DNA from: an uncultured Alphaproteobacteria bacterium
GTDB taxonomy: Bacteria > Pseudomonadota > Alphaproteobacteria > ATCC43930 > CGMCC-115725
Length of the DNA stretch: 64,000 nucleotides
Assembly: GCA_963747735.1 (NCBI GenBank)
Contig: CAVVGE010000009.1
Location: 6,257 to 70,256, forward strand
Direction: 5' to 3'
Each line of letters starts with the position of its first letter. The first letter of the stretch is position 1. The translations under genes were made by a program, and so were the position numbers. The notes under the pieces are model-generated. The model did no database searches. It saw only the letters and a list, made by a program, of their open reading frames with translations, and was not told the DNA's origin. Below are positions 36,189 to 45,120 of the stretch, piece by piece.

Positions 36189-37140
36189 TTATGCCTTTGC
36201 TTCCGGTGAAATCAACATTTGGTAGGTGAGGGGTGCGTGGCCGGCGGCGATGCCGAGCAGCGAGCGGAAGGCGGCATGTCGGGTGCGGCGCCGGTTGAAG
36301 CGGAAGACGAACTCGTCAAGGTAGGATTGGAGCTGCTTGCGGCGCAGGCCGTGATAGACGCCCAAGGCCCAGACTTTGAGGTTGGAGAAGATGCGGTGCA
36401 CCCAGGGCAGCACGACATGGGCAGCGATCTTGCCGACGACATGGGGATCGTGGCTGACGCCGGGAGCACCGGGGTAGGCGGCCCACCCGTCGGTCTTGGC
36501 GGTAGCGCCGGGGGCGAGATTGCGGGCGATGAAGGGGTGCAGGCTGTCGGCCGAATAGTCGGCCACCTCGGCGAGACGGATGCGGCCGGGTCCGGCCCCG
36601 CCGTCCTGCACCTCGACGGCGCCGACGATCAGCATTTTCCCTTGATAGCCGCGTCCGCCGCCGCCGGTGAGCGGGTCATGCTTGCTGCGGCAGGCGATCT
36701 CGGTCTCGTCGATCTCGACCAGACCGGCGAGCGGGCTGCGGCCGGGGGCCAGCATGCTGGCGCGCAGCTTGGCGCACAGCAGCCAAGCGCTCTTGTAGGA
36801 GCCGAGCGCGAGCTGGCGTTGCAGCTGCAGCGCCGAAATCCCGTTGGAATGGGTCGCCATCAGATAGGCCGCCCAGAGCCAAGTGGTCAGCGCCAGCTTG
36901 GAGTGATGCATGATGGTGCCGGCGGTGACCGAGGTCTGCTTGCCGCAGCCGGCGCATTCCCAGAACCTGCCCTCGCGAAGGCGGGGGTCCACGGCTTGGT
37001 TTGCAGTTGCCACGCCTTGGTCTTGCCGCAGCCGGGGCAGACAAAGCCCTCGGGCCAGCGCGCCGCGAACAGGTATCCGACGCAGGCCGCCTCATCCGCG
37101 AAGCGCTGCTGAAACTCGATCAAGGAGCGGGGAGACGCCG
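36189..37140 (-). mobile_element. IS1595-family transposase gene (interrupted, 5' end truncated)
   Basis: N-terminal Zn-ribbon region SLIEFQQRFADEAACVGYLFAARWPEGFVCPGCGKTKAWQLQTKPW, then a frame change, then WECAGCGKQTSVTAGTIMHHSKLALTTWLWAAYLMATHSNGISALQLQRQL and a DDE-type C-terminus ...YLDEFVFRFNRR. Confidence 0.8.
36964..36986 (+). repeat. 23-nt stem-loop insertion, copy 1 (AACCTGCCCTCGCGAAGGCGGGG), inside the IS1595 transposase
   Basis: Stem CCCTCGC / GCGGGGG with a GAAG loop. Deleting 23 nt joins ...QTKPWT to WECAGCGKQ in frame (the frames of ORFs 36887-37366 and 36189-37013 differ by 2 mod 3). Confidence 0.7.
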
Positions 37141-37145
37141 CGCGA

Positions 37146-37484
37146 GCTCGACAACTACGCCACCCACAAACATCCCAAGAGCCTGCCCTCGCGAAGGCGG
37201 GGGTGCGGGCCTGGCTGGATAAGCACTCCCGCTTCACCATGCACTTCACGCCGACCTCCTCGTCCTGGCTCAATCTGGTCGAGCGCTTCTTCGCCGATCT
37301 GACCGCCGATGTGATCCGCGCCGGCAGCTTCGCCTCGGTCAACAACCTGGTGCGCGACATCAACACCTATCTCGCCGAGCGCAACGCCGATCCAAAGCCC
37401 TACCGCTGGCGGGCACAGGGCGCCGACATCCTCGCCAAAATCAAACGCGCCCGCGCCACCCTCGAAAATCTCTCCGCCGCATGA
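37146..37484 (+). mobile_element. IS630-family transposase, C-terminal fragment (interrupted)
   Basis: LDNYATHKHPK, then the insertion, then VRAWLDKHSRFTMHFTPTSSSWLNLVERFFADLT...NADPKPYRWRA. The upstream two thirds of the transposase are absent. It abuts the IS1595 5' end. Confidence 0.75.
37180..37202 (+). repeat. 23-nt stem-loop insertion, copy 2 (AGCCTGCCCTCGCGAAGGCGGGG), inside the IS630 fragment
   Basis: Identical to copy 1 at 22 of 23 positions. Removal joins HKHPK to VRAWLDKH in frame. Confidence 0.7.
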
Positions 37485-38031
37485 GTTATTGGTCGGCAAT
37501 TGAGATTCAGGACACTAGTTGGATCATCGATCGGTATGCGCCGATGTTCGCGGGTCCGTCTTCTTCCCCGGACTGATCGGAGGCAAGTCGCTGGAGTGAC
37601 GAGTTCTCCAAGGCCGTGGGGACGACGCGCGGCTTGCGAACTCCTGCTGGCACGGGATCAGTCGGGGCCGTCATTCGCCGGAAAGGCCGAAACTTTGCTT
37701 CGTTTTACGATTACCGCCTCGGAGGCGGTGCTGACCTAGCGGGCGGACCAGGCAGGCGGCGCGTGGGTTTGGCACGAGCTGCGCAACGACGACACCGTTA
37801 CCCCCAGCCGGGTCTTCACCTTCGAGCGCGGGGACTTGATCGTGGAACCCGATCACACCGACCTGGAGATCGACCTTGAAACCTTTGAGTATCAGTTCCG
37901 CTTCGCCACCCGCCGCGGTGGTTACTTCCACATCGAGGGCCGGGTTTTCGATATTGAGAACCAGGTACTCAGCGCGGACGTGGGGCTGGATCTGGAGCGC
38001 AAGGTCTTCGTGGCTCATCAGCGCCGGACGG

Positions 38032-38412
38032 ACAGAACTTGTGGGCCTGCCGTTCGGCGCCTGCCGCTTCGTCACCCCGCCGAAGGCGCTGGTCGCGGCC
38101 GGCAAGGCTGACTACCTGACCATGACCATCGATCGGCAGGGGGTGGCTGTCCGTGTGACCGCGGTCGAACGCACCGTCGTCGATGTCCTGCACCGGTCGG
38201 ATATCGCAGGCGGCACCGAGGAAGTCCTCAAATCGCTGGACCTGGTCCGCTATCTCGATCCGGCGAAGGTCGGCGACTATGTCGAGCTTCTGGACAACCG
38301 GTCGATCGCCTCCGTTTCCGGCTGGTGGCTCGAAGAGCGGCGCAGCGCGCTCGGCGTCACCGATGACGTCCTGGCACGCCTGCGAGCGCGGCTCCCACGC
38401 TCGAAAAGGTAT
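38032..38412 (+). pseudogene. AbiEi-like (type IV TA antitoxin) C-terminal fragment
   Basis: GVAVRVTAVERTVVDVLHRSDIAGGTEEVLKSLDLVRYLDPAKVGDYVELLDNRSIASVSGWWLEERRSALGV resembles AbiEi antitoxins. It is truncated at both ends. An unrelated E/F/D-rich coding remnant (DLEIDLETFEYQFRFATRRGGYFHIEGRVFDIENQ) lies just upstream in another frame. Confidence 0.4.
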
Positions 38413-38495
38413 CGGCACCAAAGAACGAGAAGGGAAAGCACGGGCATGCTGTCAAGCGCCAGCACGGCTTCTTTGCCGGCGGTGCCCGCATCGCT

Positions 38496-38933
38496 GTGTT
38501 GCCGGCTGCGAGGGGTGCCGAACTCGGCGCCTTTCTCAAAGCGAATGTCGCGGCCCATTCGCATCTGCTGACCGACGCGTTTGCCGGCTATAGCGGCCGC
38601 GACGCCGATCTCGGCGAGCATTTGAAGCACACGCCGGTGGTCCAGGGCGAGGGCGCCAACGCCGGCGAATTTTTCCCGATCATCCATACCTTGTTCAGCA
38701 ACATCAAAGCCTGGCTCGGCGGCACTCATCACGGCGTCAGCGCCAGGCACTTGCCGCGATACCTGCGAGAATGGTCCTACCGCTTCAATCGCCGTAACCT
38801 CGCCGACGGCCTGGACGGCTATCTGATCCGGCGCGCGGTCGAATGCGCCACCATCACCTACGACCAGCTCACCGCCGGCGCCATGCCGGGCGGCGCCGAT
38901 CGCATCCGCCGTCTTCCCGTGCCAGTTGCATAG
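38496..38933 (+). mobile_element. second IS1595-family transposase, C-terminal half only
   Basis: LLTDAFAGYSG...HTLFSNIKAWLGGTHHGVSARHLPRYLREWSYRFNRRN is the DDE C-terminal region. There is no N-terminal half. Confidence 0.7.
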
Positions 38934-39136
38934 CCTGCTTTAGCTGGATAGGGATATCGACCGATTGACCTCGATAGAGCTGGCGCCGATCGTTTGAACA
39001 CGCGCGCGGCTTCGATAGGTGATCGCTGCCTTGGTTGAAGTCGAGTTGTCCACGGCGCCGGACGGTCGTCGCATGACGACGAACGGCCGGCCGGCGCGGT
39101 GGACAACTCGGTTGCACGGCGCGTCGTGCAAGCATC

Positions 39137-40100
39137 TTACGCGGCCTTCGCCGGGATCGGCAAAGCCGAAGCGTAGGCTTGGTCGGGCGTCCGCCCGCCG
39201 TGGGCGGAGTGGGGTCGGTGGGTGTTGTAGAAGTCCAGATAGCGCCCGAGGCTGACGCGGGCCTGGCCGACGCTCTCGTAGTAAGCCCGCAGGTAGACCT
39301 CCTCGTACTTCACGCTTTTCCACAGCCGCTCGACAAAGATGTTGTCGCGCCAGCAGCCGCGGCCGTCCATGCTGATCTTGATGCGCTCGGCCCGCAGCCG
39401 CTCGGTGAAGTCCAGGCTGGTGAACTGGCTGCCCCCAGCCTTCGCTGGGGCAGGCTCTGGTCGGTGTTGAAGATCTCCGGCCGGCCGTGGCGGGCCAGCG
39501 CCGCCTCGATCGCGCGGATGCAGAAGTCGGCCTCCAGGGTGATCGACAACTCCCAGGCCAGCACCTTGCGGCTGGCCCAGTCAATCACCGCGGCCAGGTA
39601 GACGAAGCCGCGGGCCATGGGACTGTAGGTGATGTCCATGGCCCAGACCTGGCCCGGCCGATCGATCTTCAGCCCGCGCAGCAGGTCGGGATAGATCGGG
39701 TGGCTGGGGTGCTTCTTGCTGGTGTTCGGCCGCCGGTAGATCGCCTCGATCCCGATCCGCTTCATCAGCGTGGCCACGTGCTTGCGCCCGACCATGAAGC
39801 CCAGCGGCTTCAGCAGGCCGCTGAGCATGCGTGCGCCGGCGAACGGATACTCCAGGTGCAGCTCGTCGATCACCCGCATCAGCCGCAGGTCCGCCTCGCC
39901 GACCGGCCGCGGCAGGTAGTAGACACTGCCCCGACTGATCCCCAGAAGCTGCGCCTGCCGCTTGATCGACAGTTCGTGGTCGCGCCGGATCGTCGCCTTG
40001 CGCTCGGGCCGGCTGTCTTGCCGAGCGCGCCCTCTAAAAAATCGATCTCCAGCGCCTTGCGCCCGGGCCGGCTCTCCCACGGATCAGCCTCAGTTATTTC
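39137..40100 (-). mobile_element. IS3-family element remnant (orfA truncated to its last 20 codons or so; orfB interrupted)
   Basis: KALEIDFLEGALGK (the orfA end), then orfB LSIKRQAQLLGISRGSVYY...VWAMDITYSPMARGFVYLAAVIDWASRKVLAWEL...PEIFNTDQ, then the insertion, then GSQFTSLDFTERLRAERIKISMDGRGCWRDNIFVERLWKSVKYEEVYL. Confidence 0.8.
39434..39456 (-). repeat. 23-nt stem-loop insertion, copy 3 (AGCCTGCCCCAGCGAAGGCTGGG on the minus strand), inside IS3 orfB
   Basis: Stem CCCCAGC / GCTGGGG with a GAAG loop. It splits the conserved DQ|GSQF motif. Removal restores DQGSQFTS and the frame (ORFs 39310-40080 and 39137-39370). Confidence 0.75.
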
Positions 40101-40109
40101 CGATCGGGG

Positions 40110-40127
40110 TGAGTAGTTTCCGAGCCT
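40110..40127 (+). promoter_or_regulatory. 18-nt motif TGAGTAGTTTCCGAGCCT, copy upstream of the DUF2945 gene
   Basis: One of 6-7 copies in this window. It lies 66 nt upstream of the ATG at 40193 and directly abuts the truncated IS3 orfA. Confidence 0.4.
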
Positions 40128-40192
40128 ATCGTTCCCATGGCGGCCTACTAAAATCGCCGTGGCGATCACAAACTGAAACAGGTGCCCCGATC

Positions 40193-40405
40193 ATGGAGCG
40201 GTTCAAGATCAACGACCGCGTGACCTGGAAATCGGAGGTCGGGCAGGTCAGCGGCACGATCGTCGGGATCCATACGCAAGATGTCTATTACAAAGGGCAT
40301 AGGCACCGCTGCACCGAGTACGATCCTCAATACGAAATAAAAAGCGTCAAGACCCATCACGTCGCGATGCATAAGGGCTCGGCGCTGAAGCACGCTGAGG
40401 GTTGA
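40193..40405 (+). CDS. DUF2945 / hypervirulence-associated TUDOR-domain small protein
   Basis: MERFKINDRVTWKSEVGQVSGTIVGIHTQDVYYKGHRHRCTEYDPQYEIKSVKTHHVAMHKGSALK matches the family pattern as I recall it. Confidence 0.65.
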   Translation: MERFKINDRVTWKSEVGQVSGTIVGIHTQDVYYKGHRHRCTEYDPQYEIKSVKTHHVAMHKGSALKHAEG

Positions 40406-40423
40406 GGGGTCGGAACGCGGTTC

Positions 40424-42148
40424 ATGGACGCTCGCCCGGCGCTGCCGAACGACTCGGTCGAGACTGGCCTCAGCGCCGCGGACGACCGCGTCCTGCTGAG
40501 CGAATGGTTGCCGCCGCAAGAGGGCGTGGTTCCGCGCATCCGCATCGGCCGGCGCTGGATCAACGTGTTGTGGGTCATCCCGCTGATCGTGGTCCTGCTG
40601 GTCCTAGGGATCGCCGTCGCCCAAGAGCTTCGCACCCTGCCCGGCGTACAGCGCTTCATCGCGCGCTACCCCGGCGTCACCCCGGCGTCGAGCGCGGTCT
40701 ATACGGGCTTTCCGTTGTGGCTGCGGCTGCTGCATTTTTTCAATTTCCTTTTCATGATGTTCATCATCCGTGCCGGGATCGATCCTCGCCGATCATCCGC
40801 GTCTCTATTGGCGGCGGGACTGCACGCCCGGCACCGACTGGTTCCGCTTCCAGCACGACGTCCCGAAAGACCGGGTGTGGACGTCGAAAGAAATTTGGGG
40901 AGGATTTCATGGCTGGGCATCCCGGGCATCCGCCATTCGATCGGGCTGGCCCGCTGGTGGCACTTCTCGTTCGACCTGTTGTGGGTGATCAACGGCATCG
41001 CGTTCTACGTGCTGCTGTTCACGACAGACCAGTGGCAGCGGCTGGTGCCGAATACCTGGGCGGTGTTCCCCAGCGCGGTGTCGATCGCGCTTCAGTATCT
41101 ATCGCTGCACTTTCCTGCCGATCATAGCTGGACGAACTACAACAGCCTGCAGCAGCTCGCCTATTTCCTGACGATATTCGCGGCGGCCCCACTGGCAGTC
41201 GTCACCGGCCTGATGCAGGGCCCGGCGATCACCAACCGGCTCGGCTGGTTCGCGAGGGTTCTCAACCGACAGGCGGCGCGCACGATCCATTTCGGCGTGC
41301 TGTGGTGGTTTCTGATCTTCATCTTCATCCATGAAACACTGGTGCTGATCACCGGCGCGCGTGCCAACCTCAACTACATGTGGGCCGGGGTGAACAACAG
41401 CTCCTGGGACGGGGTTCTGATCTTCGGCGCAGCGTTGATCGTGGCAATCGTCGCCTGGTGCCTCGCCTCGCCCTTTACGATCCGGCATGCGCGGCTGGTG
41501 CAGAGGATCGGCCAGGCCGTGGTCGGCCCGTTGATGGCGTTCGGCGAATGGGGCAGCCCGAAGACGCAGTACACCGAGCAGGACATCTCGCCGCATTTCT
41601 GGGTCAACGGCACATTGCCGAATTCCGAGGAGTTCAATGCGCTGCTGAAGGGCGGGTTCGCCGATTACCGGTTGCGCGTCAGCGGGCTGGTCGAGCACCC
41701 GCAAGACTTCTCCTACGCCCGGCTCAAGGCGATGCCGAAACACGAACAGATCACCGAGCATTTCTGCATCCAGGGCTGGTCGGGCGTCGCCAAATGGGCT
41801 GGCGTCCGCATGCGCGACATCCTGGCGATCGTCAAGCCGACGCCAGAGGCGCGGTACGTGGTGTTTTATTCCTTCTCCGAAGGGTCCGCCGGCGGGAGTT
41901 ACTACGACGTCCACAAGCTCCACAACATGGAGCACGAGCTGACCATCCTCGCTTACGAAATGAACGGGGAGCCGGTCAGCATGCTGCATGGCGCACCATT
42001 GCGGCTGCGTTGTGAAAACGAGCTCGGCTTCAAAATGGTGAAGTGGATCCAAACGATCGAGTTCGTGGCCGACTTTGCCGATCTCGGCGCTGGGAATGGC
42101 GGCTACAATGAAGATCACGAATTTTACGGATACCGGATGCCGATTTGA
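40424..42148 (+). CDS. molybdopterin-dependent oxidoreductase (sulfite-oxidase/MsrP-like catalytic domain) fused to an N-terminal multi-pass membrane domain; contains a compensated double frameshift
   Basis: C-terminal HFCIQGWSGVAKWAGVRMRDIL...APLRLRCENELGFKMVKWIQTIEF. Between about 40778 and 40885 the family-typical sequence ILADHPRLYWRRDCTPGTDWFRFQHDVPKDRVWTSKE is encoded in a different frame (ORF 40770-40988) from the long ORF. Confidence 0.75.
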   Translation: MDARPALPNDSVETGLSAADDRVLLSEWLPPQEGVVPRIRIGRRWINVLWVIPLIVVLLVLGIAVAQELRTLPGVQRFIARYPGVTPASSAVYTGFPLWLRLLHFFNFLFMMFIIRAGIDPRRSSASLLAAGLHARHRLVPLPARRPERPGVDVERNLGRISWLGIPGIRHSIGLARWWHFSFDLLWVINGIAFYVLLFTTDQWQRLVPNTWAVFPSAVSIALQYLSLHFPADHSWTNYNSLQQLAYFLTIFAAAPLAVVTGLMQGPAITNRLGWFARVLNRQAARTIHFGVLWWFLIFIFIHETLVLITGARANLNYMWAGVNNSSWDGVLIFGAALIVAIVAWCLASPFTIRHARLVQRIGQAVVGPLMAFGEWGSPKTQYTEQDISPHFWVNGTLPNSEEFNALLKGGFADYRLRVSGLVEHPQDFSYARLKAMPKHEQITEHFCIQGWSGVAKWAGVRMRDILAIVKPTPEARYVVFYSFSEGSAGGSYYDVHKLHNMEHELTILAYEMNGEPVSMLHGAPLRLRCENELGFKMVKWIQTIEFVADFADLGAGNGGYNEDHEFYGYRMPI

Positions 42149-42201
42149 GCGTTTCACCGGGTGGAATGCCGGCTCGGGAGATGGGAGGTGTCGGGATCGA
42201 G

Positions 42202-43194
42202 ATGCGAAAGATCGTGGTGATTACCGGAGCCGGAGCGGGCGTCGGCCGCGCCGTCGCCACCGAATTTGCGCGGAACGGCTGCGATGTGGCCCTTTTATCG
42301 CGCGATCCGCAGCGCCTCGACCATGCGGCCGCCGAGTTGGCAGGTTTCGGCGGGCGGGCGCTGGCGATCCCGACCGATGTCGCGGACGCCAAGGCGGTCG
42401 ATGCCGCGGCGGAACGGGTGGAACGCGAACTGGGCCCGATCGACGTCTGGGTGAACGTGGCGATGGCGACCGTCTTCGCGCCGGTCCACCAGCTCACCCC
42501 CGAGGAGTTCCAGCGCGGAACCGCGGTGACCTATCTCGGCCAGGTGCACGGCACAATGGCGGCATTGCGCTATATGCGCCCACGCAATCGCGGCTCGATC
42601 GTCAGCGTCGGCTCTGCCCTCGCCTACCGCTCTGTGCCGCTGCAATCGATTTATTGCGGCGCCAAGTTCGCCATCCGCGGCTTTCTCGATGCGCTACGGT
42701 CCGAGCTTTACCACGACAAGATCAAGATAACCCTGACCTCCGTCGATCTGCCGGCGATCAACACGCCGCAATTCGATTGGGCGCGCAACAAGACCGGGCG
42801 CAAGGCGCAGCCCGTGCCACCGATCTTCCAGCCGGAGGTGGCGGCGCGCGCGATCTATTTCGGCGCGTTCCACCCACGTCGCCAGATCTGGGTGGGCTTC
42901 CCGACCGTGAAGGCGATCCTCGCCAACCGGATCGCGCCGGGGCTGCTCGACCGCTATCTCGCCAAATCCGGTTACACCGGCCAGCTCAGCGACCAGCCGT
43001 CGGACCCGGATGCCCCCGGCAATCTGTTCGAACCGGTAGCCGGCGCCTACGGCGCCCACGGCCGCTTCGACGAGCGGGCGCGCACGAGCAGCTGGGAGAT
43101 GGTCGCCAGCCGCCACCACAGGGCCGCGTGGGCGGCGGCGCTCGTCGGCCTCGCCATCGGCGCTCACCTGCTGGCCAGGCGGCTGCGGATCTGA
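42202..43194 (+). CDS. short-chain dehydrogenase/reductase (SDR) with a C-terminal extension
   Basis: MRKIVVITGAGAGVGRAVA (TGxxxGxG motif) and catalytic YCGAKFA (YxxxK). Confidence 0.85.
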   Translation: MRKIVVITGAGAGVGRAVATEFARNGCDVALLSRDPQRLDHAAAELAGFGGRALAIPTDVADAKAVDAAAERVERELGPIDVWVNVAMATVFAPVHQLTPEEFQRGTAVTYLGQVHGTMAALRYMRPRNRGSIVSVGSALAYRSVPLQSIYCGAKFAIRGFLDALRSELYHDKIKITLTSVDLPAINTPQFDWARNKTGRKAQPVPPIFQPEVAARAIYFGAFHPRRQIWVGFPTVKAILANRIAPGLLDRYLAKSGYTGQLSDQPSDPDAPGNLFEPVAGAYGAHGRFDERARTSSWEMVASRHHRAAWAAALVGLAIGAHLLARRLRI

Positions 43195-43200
43195 GCCGGG

Positions 43201-44103
43201 TCACGGGCGGGCGGCGCCGCGCTGGTTGGTGTAGATCGCGAACAGAGTGTGCGACGCGCAGATGAACAGCCGAGACCGGTTACGCCCGCCGAAGGCGAGG
43301 TTCGATACCCTAAACGGCACGTTGATGACGCCCAGCCTGGTGCCGTCCGGGGCAATACAATGCACGCCATCGGCGGCGCTGCTCCAGACGTTGCCGTCCT
43401 GGTCGACGCGGAACCCGTCGGCAAAGCCGGGCGTGACCTGGTGAAAGATCCGGCCGGCGGAGAGCCGCCCGCCGCCGTCGACATCAAAGAGGCGGATGTG
43501 CGGCACCGGATCGGCGGCAAACTGATGGCCGCTCTCGGCGACGTAGAGCAGGCGCTCGTCGGGCGAGAAGGCAAGGCCGTCCGGGCCTGCGAAATCGTCA
43601 GCCATGACTCGCAGGCTGCCGTCCTGCGGGTCGAGGCGATAGAGGGTCGGCGGCAGCTCTGGCGCCGCCTTGCCGCCTTCGTAATCGGTATTGATGCCGT
43701 AAGGCGGGTTGCTGAACCAGATCGTGCCGTCCGACCGGCAGATCACGTCGTTGGGCGAGTTGAGACGCTTGCCCGCGTAACGGTCGGCCAGCACCGTGAC
43801 GATGCCGTCCGGCTCGGTGCGGGTGATGCAGCGGTGCTGGTGAGAGCAGCCGATCAGCCGCCCTTACCGGTCGCGGGTGTGGCCGTTGGCGAACCCGGAC
43901 GGGCGGCGGAACACCGACATGCCGCCATCCGCGGTCCAGCGCATGATGCGGTCGTTGGGCAGGTCGCTGACCAGCAGGCAATCGTGGTCGGCGAACCAGA
44001 CCGGACCCTCCAGCCAGGCGAACCCGTCGCCGAGCTTTACCAGCGGCGCGTTCGGAAGGACATAGGCGCGGAAGCGCTCGTCGAGGATCGCGAACCCGTC
44101 CAT
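43201..44103 (-). pseudogene. SMP-30/gluconolactonase/LRE-family protein with an in-frame TAA
   Basis: ORFs 43864-44103 and 43201-43794 are in the same frame. ...FANGHTRDR-TAA-GRLIGCSHQHRCITRTEPDGIVTVLADRYAGKRLNSPNDV reads through as one protein. The stop is at 43864-43866, where a sense codon (Gln by my recollection of the family) would be expected. Confidence 0.8.
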
Positions 44104-44553
44104 CTATTTGAAGTGGCACGGGCTGGGGGTGGGAGGCACATGCAACTGCACGGTCATCAGCACCGCCGGTGCGTCGCCGATCGTCCCGGATCGGTGGCCT
44201 TTGCGTCCGTTCGTCGGCGTGCAGCCCTGGTCCTCGCCGAGCGAGAACTCGCCGGGGCCCTGCTCGATCCGCGTCCCGTCCATCGCTTCGATCCACCAGC
44301 TTCCGGACAATACGACGATCCATTGCGGCGCCGGGTTCTCGTGCCAGTCGCCGACCCAGCCCACCGGCTGCACCGTGAAGACGATTGTCGCCTCGCATTG
44401 GTTCTGCCGGTTGTTCCATTGCGGCGCGGCGCCGCCGACGCCCTTCAGCTCGAATTCGGTCAAGGCGCAGCGGGTCTGATGGCTGATTCCGTCTGCGTCC
44501 ACCCAAAGATGCCAGTAGGCGATCTGCGGCCGCGCTCCCGTGTTTGCGCTCAT
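44104..44553 (-). CDS. cupin-domain protein (third paralog)
   Basis: MSANTGARPQIAYWHLWVDADGISHQ...GWVGDWHENPAPQWIVVLSGSWWIEAMDGTRIEQGPGEFSLGEDQG. It is contiguous with the lactonase start. Confidence 0.6.
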   Translation of the reverse strand: MSANTGARPQIAYWHLWVDADGISHQTRCALTEFELKGVGGAAPQWNNRQNQCEATIVFTVQPVGWVGDWHENPAPQWIVVLSGSWWIEAMDGTRIEQGPGEFSLGEDQGCTPTNGRKGHRSGTIGDAPAVLMTVQLHVPPTPSPCHFK

Positions 44554-44642
44554 TCGCTGCTTCCTTCGACAGGAGGGCGATACATGGTCGAGCTTTCCCC
44601 CGCCCGCGAAAACAACCCACCCTTTTGGGAGCACGCAACGCG

Positions 44643-45120
44643 ATGATGCTGATCAACGCCTACGTGCCGCTGCTGCTGCGCATCTGCGTGGTGGTGCTGT
44701 TCCCGTTCAGTGGCCTCGACAAGATCCTGAACTGGAACTCGGCGATGAAGCAGGCCGGCAACGTCCCGTTCAAGCCGGCCATGCTGATCGCCTCGATCGT
44801 CGTCGAGTTCGCGGCGCCGGGCTGCATCGTTACGGGCTGGCACGACCGGCTCGCCGCCTTCATCCTGGCCGGGTTCTGCGTGATCACAGCGGTGCTGTTC
44901 CACCAATTCTGGCGTTTTCCGGATTTCTGGCGGTTTCAAGGAAGACGAGGGCCTGGAACATTTCTGGGAGTTCCTGAAGAATTTCGGCTTGGTCGGCGGC
45001 CTCGGCCTGATCATGCTGGCGCCGCGGACATTGCCGCTCAGCGAGGCCGTGCAATATCCGCTCGCCTCGACCCATGTGATCGCGCCTCAGGCCGGCAGCC
45101 CGGTCATGCCGGAGCATTGA
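44643..45120 (+). pseudogene. DoxX-family membrane protein, frameshifted near 44940
   Basis: MMLINAYVPLLLRICVVVLFPFSGLDKILNW...VITAVLFHQFWRFPDFW is in one frame. The expected continuation EDEGLEHFWEFLKNFGLVGGLGLIMLAPRTLPLSE...TGA (45118-45120) is in the +1 frame. Confidence 0.6.

Noticed and set aside
38040-38095. A possible fourth, expanded copy of the 23-nt hairpin (GCCTGCC...CCGCCGAAGGCG) inside the AbiEi-like fragment.
   Set aside because: The similarity is patchy. The stretch translates sensibly (GACRFVTPPKALVAAG) in the AbiEi-like frame and no frame change maps there.
39137-40100. IS3 programmed -1 frameshift between orfA and orfB as the explanation for the frame changes.
   Set aside because: orfA is truncated to its last 20 codons or so. 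The orfB frame change maps to the 23-nt insertion within the DQGSQF motif, not to the orfA/orfB overlap.
40110-40127. The TGAGTAGTTTCCGAGCCT motif as the terminal inverted repeat of the adjacent IS3 element.
   Set aside because: Its orientation is wrong for the left end of a minus-strand IS3 element. The other copies are not associated with transposase genes and sit at fixed distances upstream of small genes.
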